This document shows positions 24,339 to 25,173 of a DNA stretch of 25,173 nucleotides, one piece after another. Numbering within the stretch: the stretch's first letter is position 1; every line of letters begins with the position of its first letter. Source of the DNA: a virus (Duplodnaviria; Caudoviricetes); IMG/VR virus record IMGVR_UViG_3300025114_000042, positions 1 to 25,173 of that record; one strand, written 5' to 3'. The translations under genes were made by a program, and so were the position numbers. A model generated the notes under the pieces. It was not told the DNA's origin. It worked only from the letters and a program-made list of their open reading frames with translations, and did no database searches.

Positions 24339-24416
24339 CATTCCCCCATTTCCACTGATTCCATTGACATATGAGCCAGATTCACGTTGATATGCACCAA
24401 CATGAGGCATTGTCGT

Positions 24417-24444
24417 TTGATTATTACCGGTAAAAGAGTAATGT
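24417..24444 (+). promoter_or_regulatory. Possible sigma70 promoter for the plus-strand genes (TTGATT-N16-TAATGT)
   Basis: Partial consensus match 36 nt upstream of the ATG at 24481. A perfect TTGACA at 24364-24369 lacks a good -10. Confidence 0.25.
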
Positions 24445-24480
24445 TGGATATGTTCTATCAACTACCTATATGGAGCGAAT

Positions 24481-24771
24481 ATGCATAAGATGAAAGTTCA
24501 AAACATGACCAGCAGTAGAGGCAACAAAGTGGCAAACCAGTTCATCATCACGACGGATAACGGCAGAGGTCGTACATTCCAGAGTTATGACACGGTGATA
24601 GCGAAGATTCAGGAGTGTTCTGGCGGTCGCGTCGTTGTACTTGACGAGAACAGTTGGGATTGCTCTGTGACTACCCGCCGTTACCGAAACATTTTTCTCG
24701 GTGAGAACAAAGCCGAGACAATCGCGAAGATAGACAGCGGAGAATACCTTTTAGCTGACCTCAACAATTAA
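24481..24771 (+). CDS. Conserved hypothetical phage early-region protein (96 aa)
   Basis: GGAG SD; NQF...FQSY-x-x-x-IA...WD-x-S-x-TT-x-x-YRN-x-FL pattern common in small phage proteins. Confidence 0.85.
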   Translation: MHKMKVQNMTSSRGNKVANQFIITTDNGRGRTFQSYDTVIAKIQECSGGRVVVLDENSWDCSVTTRRYRNIFLGENKAETIAKIDSGEYLLADLNN

Positions 24772-24784
24772 CGGAGAACTAAAA

Positions 24785-25018
24785 ATGTCTGAACAGATAA
24801 AGTGGACGGCAAACGAGGAGCAAGCTATTGCTGATATTGAAGCGATAATTGACGCCAATAGCGTCGAATATGCTTTACAGGTAGTCGCTAAAGTTTGCCG
24901 ATTAAAGGCAGATCACATTCAAAATTATTGGCAAGGCGAAGATCAGGCACTATTTTATAACAATCTTGGCGCAACTATTGACCTTTGGACTGAGCTGTTA
25001 TTTGACGAATCCGTCTAA
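24785..25018 (+). CDS. Acidic hypothetical protein (77 aa)
   Basis: GGAG SD; co-oriented with its neighbours. Confidence 0.75.
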   Translation: MSEQIKWTANEEQAIADIEAIIDANSVEYALQVVAKVCRLKADHIQNYWQGEDQALFYNNLGATIDLWTELLFDESV

Positions 25019-25060
25019 TCCAGCCAAATAATTGATCAGGGATTAAATGGAGTGATTGAT

Positions 25061-25173
25061 ATGAAACTCACATTTACAGCAAAGAATGAGCAGGTAATGC
25101 TCAAAATGTTGGCTAATAAAATGACTGAAATTAGGAGAAGGTTAAATCCTTGCCCTAGCGAGATACTCGAAGA
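25061..25173 (+). CDS. Truncated hypothetical protein (MKLTFTAKNEQVMLKMLANKMTEIRRRLNPCPSEILE...)
   Basis: GGAG SD 8 nt upstream; frame is open to the window edge. Confidence 0.6.
   Translation, partial: MKLTFTAKNEQVMLKMLANKMTEIRRRLNPCPSEILE

Larger units (their letters stand above)
1..25173. mobile_element. Segment of a Caudoviricetes (podovirus-like) phage genome: late morphogenesis operon (-), control region and start of early region (+)
   Basis: Terminase, portal, scaffold, capsid, adaptor, nozzle, ejection proteins and tail fibres occur in canonical order. There is no tape measure, sheath or tube gene, and no host genes or integrase in the window. Confidence 0.96.

Noticed and set aside
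24204-24340. Mini-CRISPR array
   Set aside because: Repeats are only 16-19 bp, occur in pairs from different families, have 3-12-bp gaps, and no cas genes are present.
1-25173. tRNA, rRNA, integrase/att site, intron or intein
   Set aside because: No cloverleaf or other signatures were seen in the intergenic gaps, and terL, portal and capsid are uninterrupted and of normal length.

Overview
This window is a segment of a tailed dsDNA phage genome with a podovirus-like (P22-style) morphogenesis operon on the minus strand. Read from ~23350 down to 1, the order is: two membrane proteins, terminase large subunit, small ORFs, portal, a cluster of small ORFs including a TerS-like protein, scaffold, major capsid, decoration protein, terminator, AT-hook protein, head-tail adaptor, nozzle/stabilisation protein, GNAT-fold protein, three DNA-ejection proteins, tail fibre, a duplicated LamG-type receptor-binding protein, and a truncated gene. 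The right end holds a divergent control region with several repeat families, an HNH endonuclease and the first small plus-strand (probably early) genes. The most notable observations are: (1) the 971-aa ejection protein has 15 x 11-aa repeats and 15 x 18-aa repeats whose subtype order is mirror-image around a non-repetitive core, suggesting a co-expanded antiparallel hairpin or ruler about 40 nm long; (2) the tail fibre appears to start at a non-canonical ATC behind a strong SD, a hairpin and a coupled 27-aa leader ORF; (3) four GTWAGT-N4-ACTWAC palindromes bracket the HNH gene. All family assignments come from motif recognition and synteny; no database searches were run.
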